NCBI GenBank assembly: GCA_002269645.1
Contig: NIVC01000529.1
Coordinates: 145,984-209,983 of the forward strand
Origin: Macrostomum lignano
Lineage: Eukaryota
Direction: 5' to 3'
DNA: 64,000 nucleotides
Translations under genes and position numbers: made by a program
Shown here: positions 24,601 through 34,980 of the stretch, in pieces
Layout: each line of letters begins with the position of its first letter
How positions within the stretch are numbered: position 1 is the stretch's first letter
The notes under the pieces: model-generated
Database searches by the model: none
What the model was told of the DNA's origin: nothing
The model's input: only the letters and a program-made list of their open reading frames with translations

Positions 24601-25658
24601 AGGAAAACAAGGATCATGGGGCCACCCGACAATGGACTTCGTGGCCGGATGAGACCGAATGCTGGTCAAGAGTTCACATGGACTACGCAGGGCCTATGAA
24701 GGGAGGAAACTACATGTTGGTACTGATTGATGCATTTAGTAAATGGGCTGAAGTTCACGTGACTAAGGGAACCACTTCATCTGAGACAATCAAGCGACTG
24801 CGAAGAACGTTCGCCCAAGAAGGCGTGCCCGTGACTATTGTTTCCGACAATGGACCTCAATTTGTATCGAAAGAAATGCAAGGTTGGTTAAAAGGAATCA
24901 ACTGCCGACATGTTCTCACACCACCGTATCATCCAAGGTCAAATGGACTGGCCGAGCGCTTTGTGAGAGATTTAAAAAATCACGTCCGAGCCGCTGAAGA
25001 AGACGACCTTCAGAGTTGCGTCGACCGGTTTCTGCTTCAATACCGGAACGCGAAACATTCTACGACCGGAAAATCGCCCTCTGAGCTGATGAGAGGTCAC
25101 CTACTTCGCACCCCTGCATTTTCTCTGGCACGTGAGCCAGTCTGGGTGAAAACCTACAACAACGAGATGACAAAGTGGAAGTCTGGCGAAGTGGTGGCAA
25201 CAGAGGGAAAGGTTGTGGTCGACGTTGAGCTGGAGGACGGAAGGCGTGGACGCTACCACCGTGAACAGACAAAGCCAAGGAGTTCCGGTTCCAATGACCT
25301 GGTGGAGATGGAGACTGAAGAACATGTGCACACGGATCAAGAGTCTGGTCTTCGGAGAAGTAATCGCCATCGGCAAGTACCAAGGCGACTTGAGTACCGC
25401 AAGCTTGGTGTACCTACCTAGCTGTTAACTAATGGGAAGGAGTGTTAGCACTGTGATGAACTTTTATTTATTAGAGAATGCACTTTGCTTAGTAGCCGTC
25501 AACGGCTGAGAATCCTATTGATGTCTATGGACATTTGTACAGTTCAATTCGGTGGCTTAAAGAGTTGCCAAAATATAATTGAAAAGACCAAGCGTCTGCA
25601 GAGTTAAGCTAAAGGCTGAGACTCGATCAATTTTCTTACTCGTCCCAAAAAACGAACA
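21630..25658 (+). mobile_element. Ty3/gypsy LTR retrotransposon (Mag-like), 4029 bp, recent insertion, RNase H-deleted
   Basis: 216-bp LTRs TG...CA at 21630-21845 and 25443-25658, identical by eye; 5-bp TSD CGCCC (21625-21629, 25659-25663); PBS TGGCGACGA at 21847; PPT GGGAAGGAG at 25434-25442. Confidence 0.97.
21846..25421 (+). CDS. Gag-pol polyprotein (gag with two CCHC knuckles, protease, RT, truncated RNase H, integrase), no AUG start
   Basis: CFCCGKEGHTKDQC and CLQCGKVGHLKAVC; LLDTGS protease; YQDD RT; TDAS; HHCC plus D(HMDYAG), D(SDNG), E(NGLAER) integrase. The frame is open from after the TGA at 21804-21806 to 25421. Confidence 0.92.
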   Translation: MATTAGLIEPLETEAPAEIERWFQRFEAVSKLNKWDDTAQKFALIAHLGKKAFALLADALLPDKPDAKTYADLKTQLIKETKAAKSEIAYRYAFHHLKQDDGEDVSAYARRLRLGSENCGFSTAELNDRLRDQFIFGLSNKEIVRKLLTEKLKDLTWEKVTTVANACEAVSRGERQISGGEILHVKSDPPSTSKAHKPAYQKSDQKNGQLRQVKCFCCGKEGHTKDQCHHRTKTCLQCGKVGHLKAVCRCGPNKGGQRPSTSNKWSQGGGRHPRSRVRAIDDAADQVGHIFSMMTPEDGRGSRRITRHVVVNGTKIKMLLDTGSCSTFVSSSVFQSLLEPANVRPTSRRFAAYQGDPVLVKGEAIVNAKLNSVSSDLTLFVVDNPKAESIYGLDWIAALEPDLYTFITKCTVPEEDGSNPTTACSVKRFSVSLAIEAGAKPIFFKPRQIPYGIQDDVKAELKRMEEAGQLQKVESSEWATPIVCVRKQSGKVRICGDYKVTLNPLLKDMVSTTPTIDEVLSKLGRARRFSTLDLSNAYLQVPVDEDSSVMLTWSTPFGLYRPTALAYGVKQAPAIFQSFMDRLLLNIEGVISYQDDILVWGFNQQSHDNRLSNVLRILKESGLSINEEKCTFNKPSIMFLGYEISENGIRPPPKKAKEIAGLEEPKNLKQLQSFIGMVDFYGRCIKNLASLKEPLTKLTRSGTKWAWGPIEQRAFQSIKDELHNAVALKPFDPSDKIVLTTDASPSGLGAVLEQSSGPVITLMSYEYAIECKRSAEIPVADALSRLQNSTSEGEQFDISSVQDCLLDFPINKERLRRQSKEDSELRKLFAQVKFGWNAEGLRELQQFSRFRDELVIENGLLYRGIRLVVPKQERSATLRLLHEGHIGPEKMKSIARQCVWWPEVDRDIEKYAKGCSSCQENKDHGATRQWTSWPDETECWSRVHMDYAGPMKGGNYMLVLIDAFSKWAEVHVTKGTTSSETIKRLRRTFAQEGVPVTIVSDNGPQFVSKEMQGWLKGINCRHVLTPPYHPRSNGLAERFVRDLKNHVRAAEEDDLQSCVDRFLLQYRNAKHSTTGKSPSELMRGHLLRTPAFSLAREPVWVKTYNNEMTKWKSGEVVATEGKVVVDVELEDGRRGRYHREQTKPRSSGSNDLVEMETEEHVHTDQESGLRRSNRHRQVPRRLEYRKLGVPT

Positions 25659-26797
25659 CGCCCTGCAGGAAAGAATGACCATTCACGAAGGTGTACGGTA
25701 GAGCCTAGTTGATGCCAGCCCTGAGGCTGAGCCCCGGGCAGCAGGTTAAGCAACAGGCCTGCTAGGTTAGGTTTAGGTGCTCCTCCTTTCTGCTATTCTT
25801 TTTTTCTGGGCTGGCATCCCAGCGCGGTTTTATCCCCTGTTTTTATCTGGCCATTAGTTGCCTCCAATTCTTCGGAGTTATGAGCTCTGCCCTCCCTGCC
25901 CGGTCCATCCTTCTCTGTCCTTGGTCCATCTACTGGCTCCTCTGGTTGTCTCCCTGCCTAAGTTCTGTCTCCCTCTCTGTCTCCCTCTCTGTCTCCCTCT
26001 GTCTCTGGCTCTCATCCTGACAGTGGATTGGTGTCCTGGGGAATGAGTTCGCCCGATTCGGGGATACCGGCTGAGTCCGGGTCCTCTTGCTCCTTGTGCC
26101 CCTTCCCAACCCCTTGGCCTGGCCTCCAATATTGAGCTGGATAGGCGATACCCTTGGGTTTGTAGCCGGTAGACGGTCTTCCTGCCTGGAGTCTCGCCCT
26201 CGGAAACAAGCCTTCCAGACTCGCTCCAATAATTAAGCCATTTCCGCAGACTTCGGGGTTTCCCCGCTCTCGGACCGCTTTTAGTAGTAAACCAAGCTTT
26301 TTTCGCTTTTTTCCAATTTTTTCTGCGCACTCCCGAGGACTTGTCTGCTGGGGGGTAGCCTGCGTGGACTCGGTCCTAGCACCGTCCCTGATTCCACTTT
26401 TTGGGTTGGCGTTGTCTTATACCGTAGGTTTGGGCTAGTAGCACCAATACACTATAGGTTCTCACCAGAGTCCTGAGCTCTGGTCCCAACCCCAATTGTG
26501 GCCTCTCGGGCTACATGCCCCTGGCAGTATGGCCCAGTCAGATCCCTGCGGCAGAGCCCCCTTTCGGGCTGATCCGCGGTAAGCCCCTGGCTTTCCACCC
26601 CCGTTTAACAACATTGTATACAAGCATATATGCCTATGCACGAAATGCCCACCTTCAATGCCCACCGCTAGGCTCTTCTCTTTGTGTTTATGCTACTTTG
26701 TTATAATATCTAGGTGTGCTCTTAACTTGCAGGCAACTGAGGTCGTATTGTAGCATTCAGCACCACTGTAGCAGATAGTTCGTGGTTCAATTATGGC

Positions 26798-27737
26798 TAG
26801 GGATTCCAAAATCCCGACATTTTACAATCCCGGGATTGAATAGTCCCGAAATCCCGATGCTGTTGAAATCCCGGGATTCAAAATCCCGGAATCCCGGTGC
26901 TTTTGCAATCCCGGGATTAAAAATCCCGGGATTCGATTCCCAAAAAAATCCCGGGATTCAAATCCCGGATTTTTGGCCCCAATCCCGGGATCCCGGGATC
27001 CCGGGATTGGAATCCCTAAATTGCTAGACGGACTGTGCGGCGTGCCGCGTGCAGTAGTCATGGTCTCGCGACTCTCAGAGTCTCAGGGCCTTTTCATATT
27101 ACCGATTCCAGAACCAGAATCGGTTCGGAATTCGAAGAAAAACAGCAGTATAACTATTAAACTCTGTTAATATTTGACTGCCTTAACAGCCTCACTTAGC
27201 ACAATTTTTCACTTTCTTCTTGGCGACTGTCATTCAATAATAAAAACTTTATAGCACGTATCTCCCTCTAGTTATGGAGACAAAAAGTTTATACTTCACA
27301 AATTGGTTCTTGTTCTGGAACCAGAGCAAGCAATATGAAAAGGCCCTCAGTCTCGTCTCGTGGTAGAAAACGAAAAAAAGTTAAAATTATCTATCATTTA
27401 CAGTTCACATTAACAATTTTTAGCTCAATTAGGACAGGAGCTTTGCAAATGTTTAACGTTTCATTGAGAAACAGCAAAAACAAATAAATGTTTTATTATT
27501 CAAATAAACGTTTAGACTTTAAATTATCTAATTTAGGCATTGAAAGGTCGTTCTAATCCCGGACCAATCCCGGGATTAAGGCCTTGAAATCCCGGGATCC
27601 CGATCCCGGTCTTTTGCAATCCCGGGATTAAAAATCCCGGGATTCGATTCCCAAAAAAATCCCGGGATTCAAATCCCGGATTTTTGGCCCCAATCCCGGG
27701 ATCCCGGGATCCCGGGATCCCGGGATTGGAATCCCTA
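26798..27737. mobile_element. Composite non-autonomous hAT MITE, 940 bp
   Basis: TIR TAGGGATTCC at 26798 and GGAATCCCTA ending 27737; 8-bp TSD ATTATGGC (26790-26797, 27738-27745); repeated atcccggga motifs; extra internal right end at 27018. Confidence 0.92.
27086..27346. mobile_element. PIF/Harbinger-like MITE nested in the hAT MITE
   Basis: Perfect 15-bp TIR GGGCCTTTTCATATT / AATATGAAAAGGCCC with a 3-bp TSD TCA (27083-27085, 27347-27349). Confidence 0.8.
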
Positions 27738-29016
27738 ATTATGGCTCGTTGAAATTCAGTTTAAGAGAGAAAAATGCTAGGCTGAATGTTACTCACACCT
27801 GCTTGGGCTTGCTGGGTTTGGGCCAACTGATGAAATGTCATAAGTCATTGTACAGCGCGTGTCTGTTTTTGTAAGCTAATTAACCCCAAATTCAATGGAA
27901 TTTTTACCTACAGTATCGCGTATTCCGATATCGATACATTAAGCAATTTTTGTAGTCAGCTCTTGTAGCACTAGCTCAAAACCAGGAGAGCGCCAGCGCC
28001 AAGGGGAATTTCCTATCGAACACCATTTTCATTTGATCATTTTATTTTTTTTCGGATTTTAAAAATGATACTAAATAACCCCATTCAAAGGCTACTGTTG
28101 GATAAAAGTATCCATTCAGAGTCAAATGAGTGAGCGTTTACTTTGATTTTGCTCTTAACTCCAATAAAAATTACACAGATAAGGGCCGGCTTGCCCCCCC
28201 CCCCCACCCGGGAAAAAGTCTTGAATCCGCCGCTAAGTTGACCCAAAAATAGTCCTGGTCCTGGATGATAAGTCTATTTTAGAAGTCCCCGCCTGGACCT
28301 GGACGTCCTCTCCTCTTCCTCCCTTGACCCGGGTCCCAGACTCCCAGGGGTTGCCTATTGGCTGAGGGGGGTTAAATGACAAAAGAATGGTTGGGACTTG
28401 GGAGCTCGCTCCATTTGCGGCATGCGTGCAACATCAGTGAGTGAACCCTAGTGGAAATTTTCCAGTTCAAAGTCCTCTCCGTCACGTGTTTTTCACGCCC
28501 AACCCCCCATTTTTTAATTCGTGCTAGGCCAGCCGGGGCCAACCCTGGAAACTTCTTGCCAAACGAATGTACATTGCCTATGTACGTTTGGCCGCTCTTC
28601 TCTCCCCCTTGTCTTATTTTACTTACCACGAAGAGCGCGCAGCGGCCGCGCGGCCCGAACCCCGTACACTTTAGGTCCAGACAGCGTATTCAAGACAAAT
28701 AGCTGGGCTGGGGTTTCCTAAAAAACCTCCGATTCCTTTCCTCCCCCACGCCAAGTCCTCCTCCACTCAGCCAAGGCGTGCCTGGAGTGGCCATCTTATA
28801 ATCTTATATAGACATAAACAAATTCATTTTTGCCTACTATATATAGACCAATCTTTAATTTCATTCGATTGACAGCTTTAAAACTGCGGCCGCCAAGACT
28901 CAGCTTAGAGCCATAGCCAACTTTACAATTTTTCTTGTCTACGTTGACTCGTTGAGCCAAAGTTTCAAGGTTCAAGGCGAGTAAATAAAAAAGATCGAAG
29001 AAGTCTAAGAAGAGCA

Positions 29017-32000
29017 ATGAAAGCTCTGGCATCTAGCAATGGCCGACGAAACAGCAGGGAGTCGCCAAAATTTGTGATTAGCAGGCCAATTGGAACTATC
29101 CTACGCGACCCTCTGCAGCTCAAGGTGCTAGTACCCAAATCTGGTCGATCTGTTGAGCACAAACTGTCCGGCGCTTTGCGAACGCATCAGCAACAGCAGC
29201 AGCAGCAACAGCTGCAACAGCAACAATTGCAGCAGCAATGCCAGTGCCATCATGAGCAATGCCAGCAGCCGCCGCCAGTCCCAGCTGCTCCGACGGTCAC
29301 CTGCACCTTAATCAGCGCACACGACGCCATCCACGTGTCAATCCAATCAAAGCGGGAGTCGTCAGACTGTAGGACTCATTTCGATCTGGTGATGCGCCTG
29401 TTGCAGCCCCGCCTGCGAGCTGCCCACCTGCTGTGCAAAGTCATGTACAGGAATATTCGCGATGAGGTCAAGGAGATGGGACCCTACCTGCTCGGGGTCA
29501 CCGAGCCCGTCTGCTGCTACCGGTTGGAGGAAATGAACTGCCAGGTAAGCTTTATTGATTTTCATATACTGAGAATCAATCAGCCGTACGCAGCCTTTGC
29601 GCGGCGCATCTGAAGACTGCGTAACGGCTGTTCAGTCCAAGGACTGGGGGGTCGTCACACACAGCCTCAATGCTGGCACCCATTTTACAGAGCCTGGGTG
29701 AACTGAAGCAATGCAGAGTAAAGGACACAAATAGTTCCAGTGGGATCGGGAATCGAACCCCCGACCTTCGATCCAGTCGTGAGTCCGACGCTCTAAGCAT
29801 AAGGCTACACCCCCCGTAAGACGGTCTCTTACTGTGAAGACTTGTAGGAACGATGTCACCAGTGTCTACTTGACTTACTTGACTCAGCTTCAGGGGGTTC
29901 CGGGCATCCGGATACAGAGGAGAGGCGTCGGCGCCCATTCCACTAATACCTGGCGACCGCGGGCGGCTGCTGCTGCGGTGTCGTGCAGGGAGATCCGGTG
30001 GTGCCGGTGTCCGCAGCGCGGTCCCCCTCCGGAGAGTCCAGGAGGTGGATTGTCGCTTGCCCGTTAGCCCTTAGGTAGTGGACGAGCTGGCAGAGATTCT
30101 CGGGCCTGAAAACGTCGGAGAAGTCCGGGTTTGGGCCGAGGTAGTTGAGTCTGTCCTGACTAAAGGCGAGACAGTCACAGATGAAGTGCTCCGCATTCTC
30201 TACACCGGAGAGGCAGAATGGGAATTCCTCGCTACGGATTTTCCCTGGAGGTAGCGATGCCTGGCAAAACAGCCATGACCCGAGAGGGCCATGGTCACCG
30301 CCCTGATGTCCCTGCGGTTGAGTCCAAGCAGGACCCTTCGCAGGGCGCAGGGCGCATTGTGCCCACAGCCTTCTTGCGAATATTTTTCGACTCCAGCTTC
30401 CCAAACCAAAGCTCGAACCTCGGCTTCACCAGTAGCAGTTCACGTCTTACTTATTTATCATGAAGTGACAAGTATGAAAGCATGCTCAACGAACTCCTGA
30501 GATCAGACAAATTAATTTTACTCAACAGGTGTCACCCAAGACCAATCATTACCATGTCTACTTGGCCCTTCAACTGGTGTCAGTTGAACCAGTCGTGGGT
30601 CAGTGCTGCAACGACAACAACAACAGCAGCAGCTGCAACAAGAACAACAGCAATAGTCTGACAGCAGATGACAACTCCAGCCGATGCGGCGCTGGCGGCG
30701 GCGGTGACGGCGAGCTGTACGACTGCGCCGACGTCGAGTCGGTGATCGATGATCTTGCCTCGCTGATGTCGGCGGCGGCGACTCCGCCTAGGTCGACTCG
30801 ATCGCGACATCAGAGCATCAGCAGCAGCGCCTCGGTGTCGCTGGAGGAGCCTCTGCTAGCGATGTCGCCTGTTGGTACTCAGCTGCCCGATTTCACCGTG
30901 AAATGGTCGCCATTGGCAACGCTGAAGATTAGCACGGATTCTTCAGATAGCGAATCGCCACTTTATTGTGTGCCGCAGCTTCTGTGCCTGTGCTCAGAGA
31001 TGTTCTCGGAGCTGCTCATGGTGCAGCGGCCGGGAGGCGCGGCCGGGGAGGCTGGGGAGCTGGTCGTCCCCGGGGTGGCCAAGTCTGACCTGCTGCTGCT
31101 GCTGCAGCTCATTCATCCTGGCACACCGTGCACCGTGAACTTGGCCAATGTGCAGCAGGTGAGCTCGCTCGTTATCAGCTGATCAGACTGTTAAACTACT
31201 CTTAAGAGAGATTGAGAGTATTAAAAGACTCTTGTCAACTCCTGACTCATCAGAAGCTATCTCCTGACTCTTATCAGCTATGTCCTGACTCTTATCAGCT
31301 GTCTCACTGACTCTTATCAGCTATGTCCTGACTCTTATCAGCTGTCTCACTGACTCTTATCAGCTATGTCCTGACTCTTATCAGCTGTCTCACTGACTCT
31401 TATCAGCTGTCTCACTGACTCTTATCAGCCATGTCCTGACTCTCTATCAGCTACGTCCTGACCCTTATCAGCTGTCTCACTGACTCTTATCAGCTGTCTC
31501 ACTGACTCTTATCAGCTATGTCCTGACTCTTATCAGCTATGTCCTGACTCTTATCAGCTGTCTCACTGACTCTTATCAGCTGTCTCACTGACTCTTATCA
31601 GCTGTCTCACTGACTCTTATCAGCTATGTCCTGACTCTTATCAGCTGTCTCACTGACTCTTATCAGCCATGTCCTGACTCTCTATCAGCTATGTCCTGAC
31701 TCTTATCAGCTGTCTCACTGACTCTTATCAGCTGTCTCACTGACTCTTATCAGCTATGTCCTGACTCTTATCAGCTGTCTCACTGACTCTTATCAGCCAT
31801 GTCCTGACTCTCTATCAGCTATCTCCTGACTCCTATCAGCTATCTCCTGACTCTATCAGCTATCTCCTGACTCTTATCAGCAGCTATCTCCTGACTCTTA
31901 TCAGCAGCTATCTCCTGACTCTTATCAGCTCTCTCACTGACTCTTATCAGCAGCTATGTCCTGACTCTTATCAGCTATCTCCTGACTCTTATCAGCTAGC

Positions 32001-32305
32001 TCCTGACCTGACTCTTATCAGCTAGCTCCTGACTCTTATCAGCTATCTCCTGACTCTTATCAGCTAGTTTCTGACCATTAATATCTCTGACTACTCTAAA
32101 CTCCCCTCAGGTGCTCAGCCTGGCGGCAAAATTCCGAGTGCCTCATCTGCGCAGCACTGCCGACCAGCTGCTCTGCCGCAGTGTACACGCCAGCCCGCCA
32201 GTCAGCGCCTCCCGCCGTCAAGAGCTGTGCTCTCTGGCTACTCAGTACTCGTTGCCCTGTCTAGCCGAGCTGCTCCGCCTGAGACTGTCCGAGTCTGAGA
32301 ACTGA
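29017..32305 (+). CDS. BTB/POZ-domain protein with poly-Q N-terminus, exons 29017-29544, 30529-31158, 32111-32305, ~450 aa
   Basis: [19 protein letters not shown]...[21 protein letters not shown]...VNLANVQQ|[21 protein letters not shown] is a BTB fold signature; all introns are phase 0 with GT-AG. Confidence 0.8.
29578..29815 (-). mobile_element. tRNA-derived SINE with a CORE-like central segment
   Basis: Minus strand: A box TAGCCTTATGCTTAG, B box GGTTCGATTCC, then ctgcattgcttcagttcacccag...tgtaaaatggg and a tgattgatt tail. Confidence 0.8.
29814..29855 (+). other. Spliced-leader (SL) exon-like sequence, 42 nt ending in ATG
   Basis: CCGTAAGACGGTCTCTTACTGTGAAGACTTGTAGGAACGATG. The first ~30 nt match the Macrostomum SL as I recall it (CCGTAAAGACGGTCTCTTACTGCGAAGACTC...GCATG) with one gap and one mismatch; needs verification. 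CCGT/ACGG hairpin present. Confidence 0.65.
29864..30425 (-). mobile_element. 5'-truncated non-LTR retrotransposon 3' end, copy 2
   Basis: [26 protein letters not shown] / [20 protein letters not shown]; (gtcaagtaa)-type tail; 8-bp TSD TCACCAGT (29856-29863, 30426-30433). Confidence 0.85.
31245..32070. repeat. 20/22-bp alternating minisatellite (ctgactcttatcagctatgtc / ctgactcttatcagctgtctca) in BTB intron 2
   Basis: Tandem array fills the intron. Confidence 0.93.
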
Positions 32306-32489
32306 GGCTGGGACCTGCTGTAAAGCTGGGAGTCACTAATAATTGTAATTTAGTAATTTAGCAGTTTTAATGTGTATTTGTAGTTTGAATTCATGCAGCC
32401 TGTGATCTCTTAGCTATAAAAGTTGAATGAATTTATGGTCGTATCAAACTGCAGCTGCGACCCGCCAGCGACTCACGTGACCCCGTCAG

Positions 32490-32815
32490 TGACTATTAGT
32501 GACTCTAATGACCCATCAGTGACTTTAATGACCCATCAGTTATTCCAATGACCCAGTGACCCTAATGACCCATCAGTGACTCTATGACCCATCAGTGCCT
32601 ATAATGACCCATCAGTGACTCCATAAACCATCAGTGACTCTATGACCCATCAGTGCCTATAATGATCCATCAGTGACTCTATGAACCATCAGTGACTCTT
32701 TAAACCATCAGTAACTCTAATGACCCATCAGTGACTATAATGACCCATCACGGCCATCAGTGACTATAATGACCCATCAGTGACTCTATGACCCATCAGT
32801 GACTCTAATCATCTG
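32490..32815. repeat. ~19-20-bp minisatellite (tgacccatcagtgactctaa)
   Basis: Degenerate tandem units. Confidence 0.88.
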
Positions 32816-34876
32816 TGACTCACTTGTTGACTTTGTTGACTTTGTAGTAAGTATAGTTGAAAAAGCAATCCGTTAAGCATTATAACTATTAATTTTTTTG
32901 TAATGTTTCCAAAGTTTACTGGTAAACTTGCATCGTACTTGTGTTAGTATATTTTCAGTCATGTCACATTCTTATGACAATACGCTCAATAAATACTACT
33001 TCCAACTTATCGTAAGTTAATATTTTTCAACAATGCTTCAAATGGCCATTCATCTCAGTCCTGATTTTTTGGGCATAACACAGCTGCAAATATCTTCCTA
33101 AATTTTTTAACAAAATTCCTCAATGTTGCAAGCAATCACTTTATTTTGAAGCACTTTTTTACTTTTGCTTTTATAATTGCGATCACAATTTGTACTACAG
33201 AAGCCCTGCGCGAAATCGTTTACATTTTCTGCGACGGTTCAATCAGTGTAAAAAAAGTCATTTAAACAATTCGAATCGCATGTTAAGCGTTGTTTTGGAC
33301 CATATTTCTTTGTCCTAAATACTCGTATGACTTACTTTCTAGCTCTTTTTTTCGCTTGTCCTCCTGTTGTGTTGGCTCTGTTCTAAGTAAAGTTTTTTCA
33401 CTTTATTATTTATTTGATTTTATTCAATAGTACTTTTTTTTACTGATGCATGGTTGGCTTTACAGTCGCAGAAATTACTTATAAACATGTCTCACTTTTT
33501 CATGTATCGTCTTTTGCTTTTTTCATTTCATTGTTGCTTTCTTTTTATAATTTAGAAATTTAGCAGCGCTTAAAATTCTCAAACAATTAGCAAATTGCAA
33601 AATTTTCCTTTCTACCTTAGCTTTATTCTCAATTCATTTTTATGTTTTTGTACTAGCTGGTGGGTTCCTTACACGTTTATTATAAAATTAATCAATAAAA
33701 TAACTGTCATTTACTTTAAAAAATCAATAATTCACGGAATTAAAAAGTTCCAAACGACGCCTTCACCTTCGCATTTGCGCTCGTACGAGCTATGTTTAAA
33801 ATGGCCAACAGCACCAATCGCTATTTTGTATGCAAGTAGAAATAGTATAAACTGTGCATTATGATCATTTTATAGAAAATTACATCGACAGTCTATAATG
33901 TGATAGAGCATAGAATTTACACACCGTGAACGGCCAATAAAATCAACTGCAAACTCTATTGACTCCTCACTGAAAAAGCGTGTTTATGCGTGCATATATC
34001 CATGGGAATTCAACACAATTGTGTCTGTCATGTACTTGCATGCAAACTGCCTCTTCGGGGTCGGATATAGCACACGGTTAACATACAATAAACCATTAGT
34101 AATAATTTTAGAGCCAAATTTCTCATTTTAGCTGAAAGCAAGTACGCTTTGTCAAAAAATTGCATAAGACCTACTAGACGTGACATTGTCCTACATCTAA
34201 TACTAAGCGGAAAGTGAGCCACAAATCCGCCGGCTAGTGCATTCAGACGACTGTCGATTCATAATCACAGTCGGTTACCAGATACAACGGTTTACCAATA
34301 TACGAACTTACTTCGTTATAACAAATCTAGTGCATTTAATAAGTTATAAAAACAAAAACTTGGAAGTGTAAAAAAATTAAAAAAGTTATGAAACAAGTTT
34401 TCTTTAATGTTAAAAATTCACGCACAGGTAGTTGTCATTTTTTAACTGACATTACTTGGGCAAGTTAAGTCTTGGAAAACCTGCCGACCAGCAGGCAGCA
34501 GGCAGGCTTCGAGGCTTGCTGGCTGCTTGCGTCTTGTTTATGAATTTTTTGGTACAAAAGCTTACGCCTACATCTGGATTAAACCTTAGGCCTAGTGGCT
34601 GTAATTAGGAATATAGACCTATACGGATTTAGATGGCTACCAGCATCAACTGCACTGCTTAGGCCTACTTGCTAACCAAAACCAACCAGTCCAACCTTAA
34701 CCTAACCAGTGGCAGTAACCACAAGCACAAGCAATGGTTATGGACTAGACCTAGGCAAGCCAAGTATATATATCTGTAGTTGTAGTTGTATCTGTAGCTG
34801 CCATAGGCACCTTTTTACCATATTTGCCATAGGATCCCATACCTGTCTATAGCTACAGCTAGGCCTACAGCTGGCT

Positions 34877-34980
34877 ATCCTGAAGATTCCCGCGTTTAAT
34901 TATAACCCCCACCCCCCACCACCCTTGAATAGAGGGCGAAATAATTCCGTAAAATAATTAAACGCGGGAATCTTCAGGAT
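34877..34980. mobile_element. 104-bp hairpin MITE
   Basis: Perfect 27-bp inverted repeat ATCCTGAAGATTCCCGCGTTTAATTAT / ATAATTAAACGCGGGAATCTTCAGGAT; TSD unresolved. Confidence 0.7.

Larger units (their letters stand above)
21389..26720 (-). mobile_element. Unclassified GC-rich interspersed element (~1.3 kb without the nested gypsy)
   Basis: GC-rich sequence continuous across the gypsy TSD, bounded by AT-rich DNA; short T run at the left end; boundaries approximate. Confidence 0.35.

Noticed and set aside
26400-26720. Hammerhead or HDV-like ribozyme
   Set aside because: Hairpins exist, but no CUGANGA core or clear HDV pseudoknot could be assigned by eye.
27875-28375. piggyBac-like element (TTAACCCC ... 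GGGGGGTTAA)
   Set aside because: Only about 4 bp of inverted match beyond TTAA.
29740-29815. Possible tRNA gene
   Set aside because: A/B boxes are present, but the anticodon and acceptor stems do not pair well and the sequence runs into a SINE body.
29578-30425. SINE and adjacent LINE as partner elements
   Set aside because: Their 3' tails share no visible similarity.
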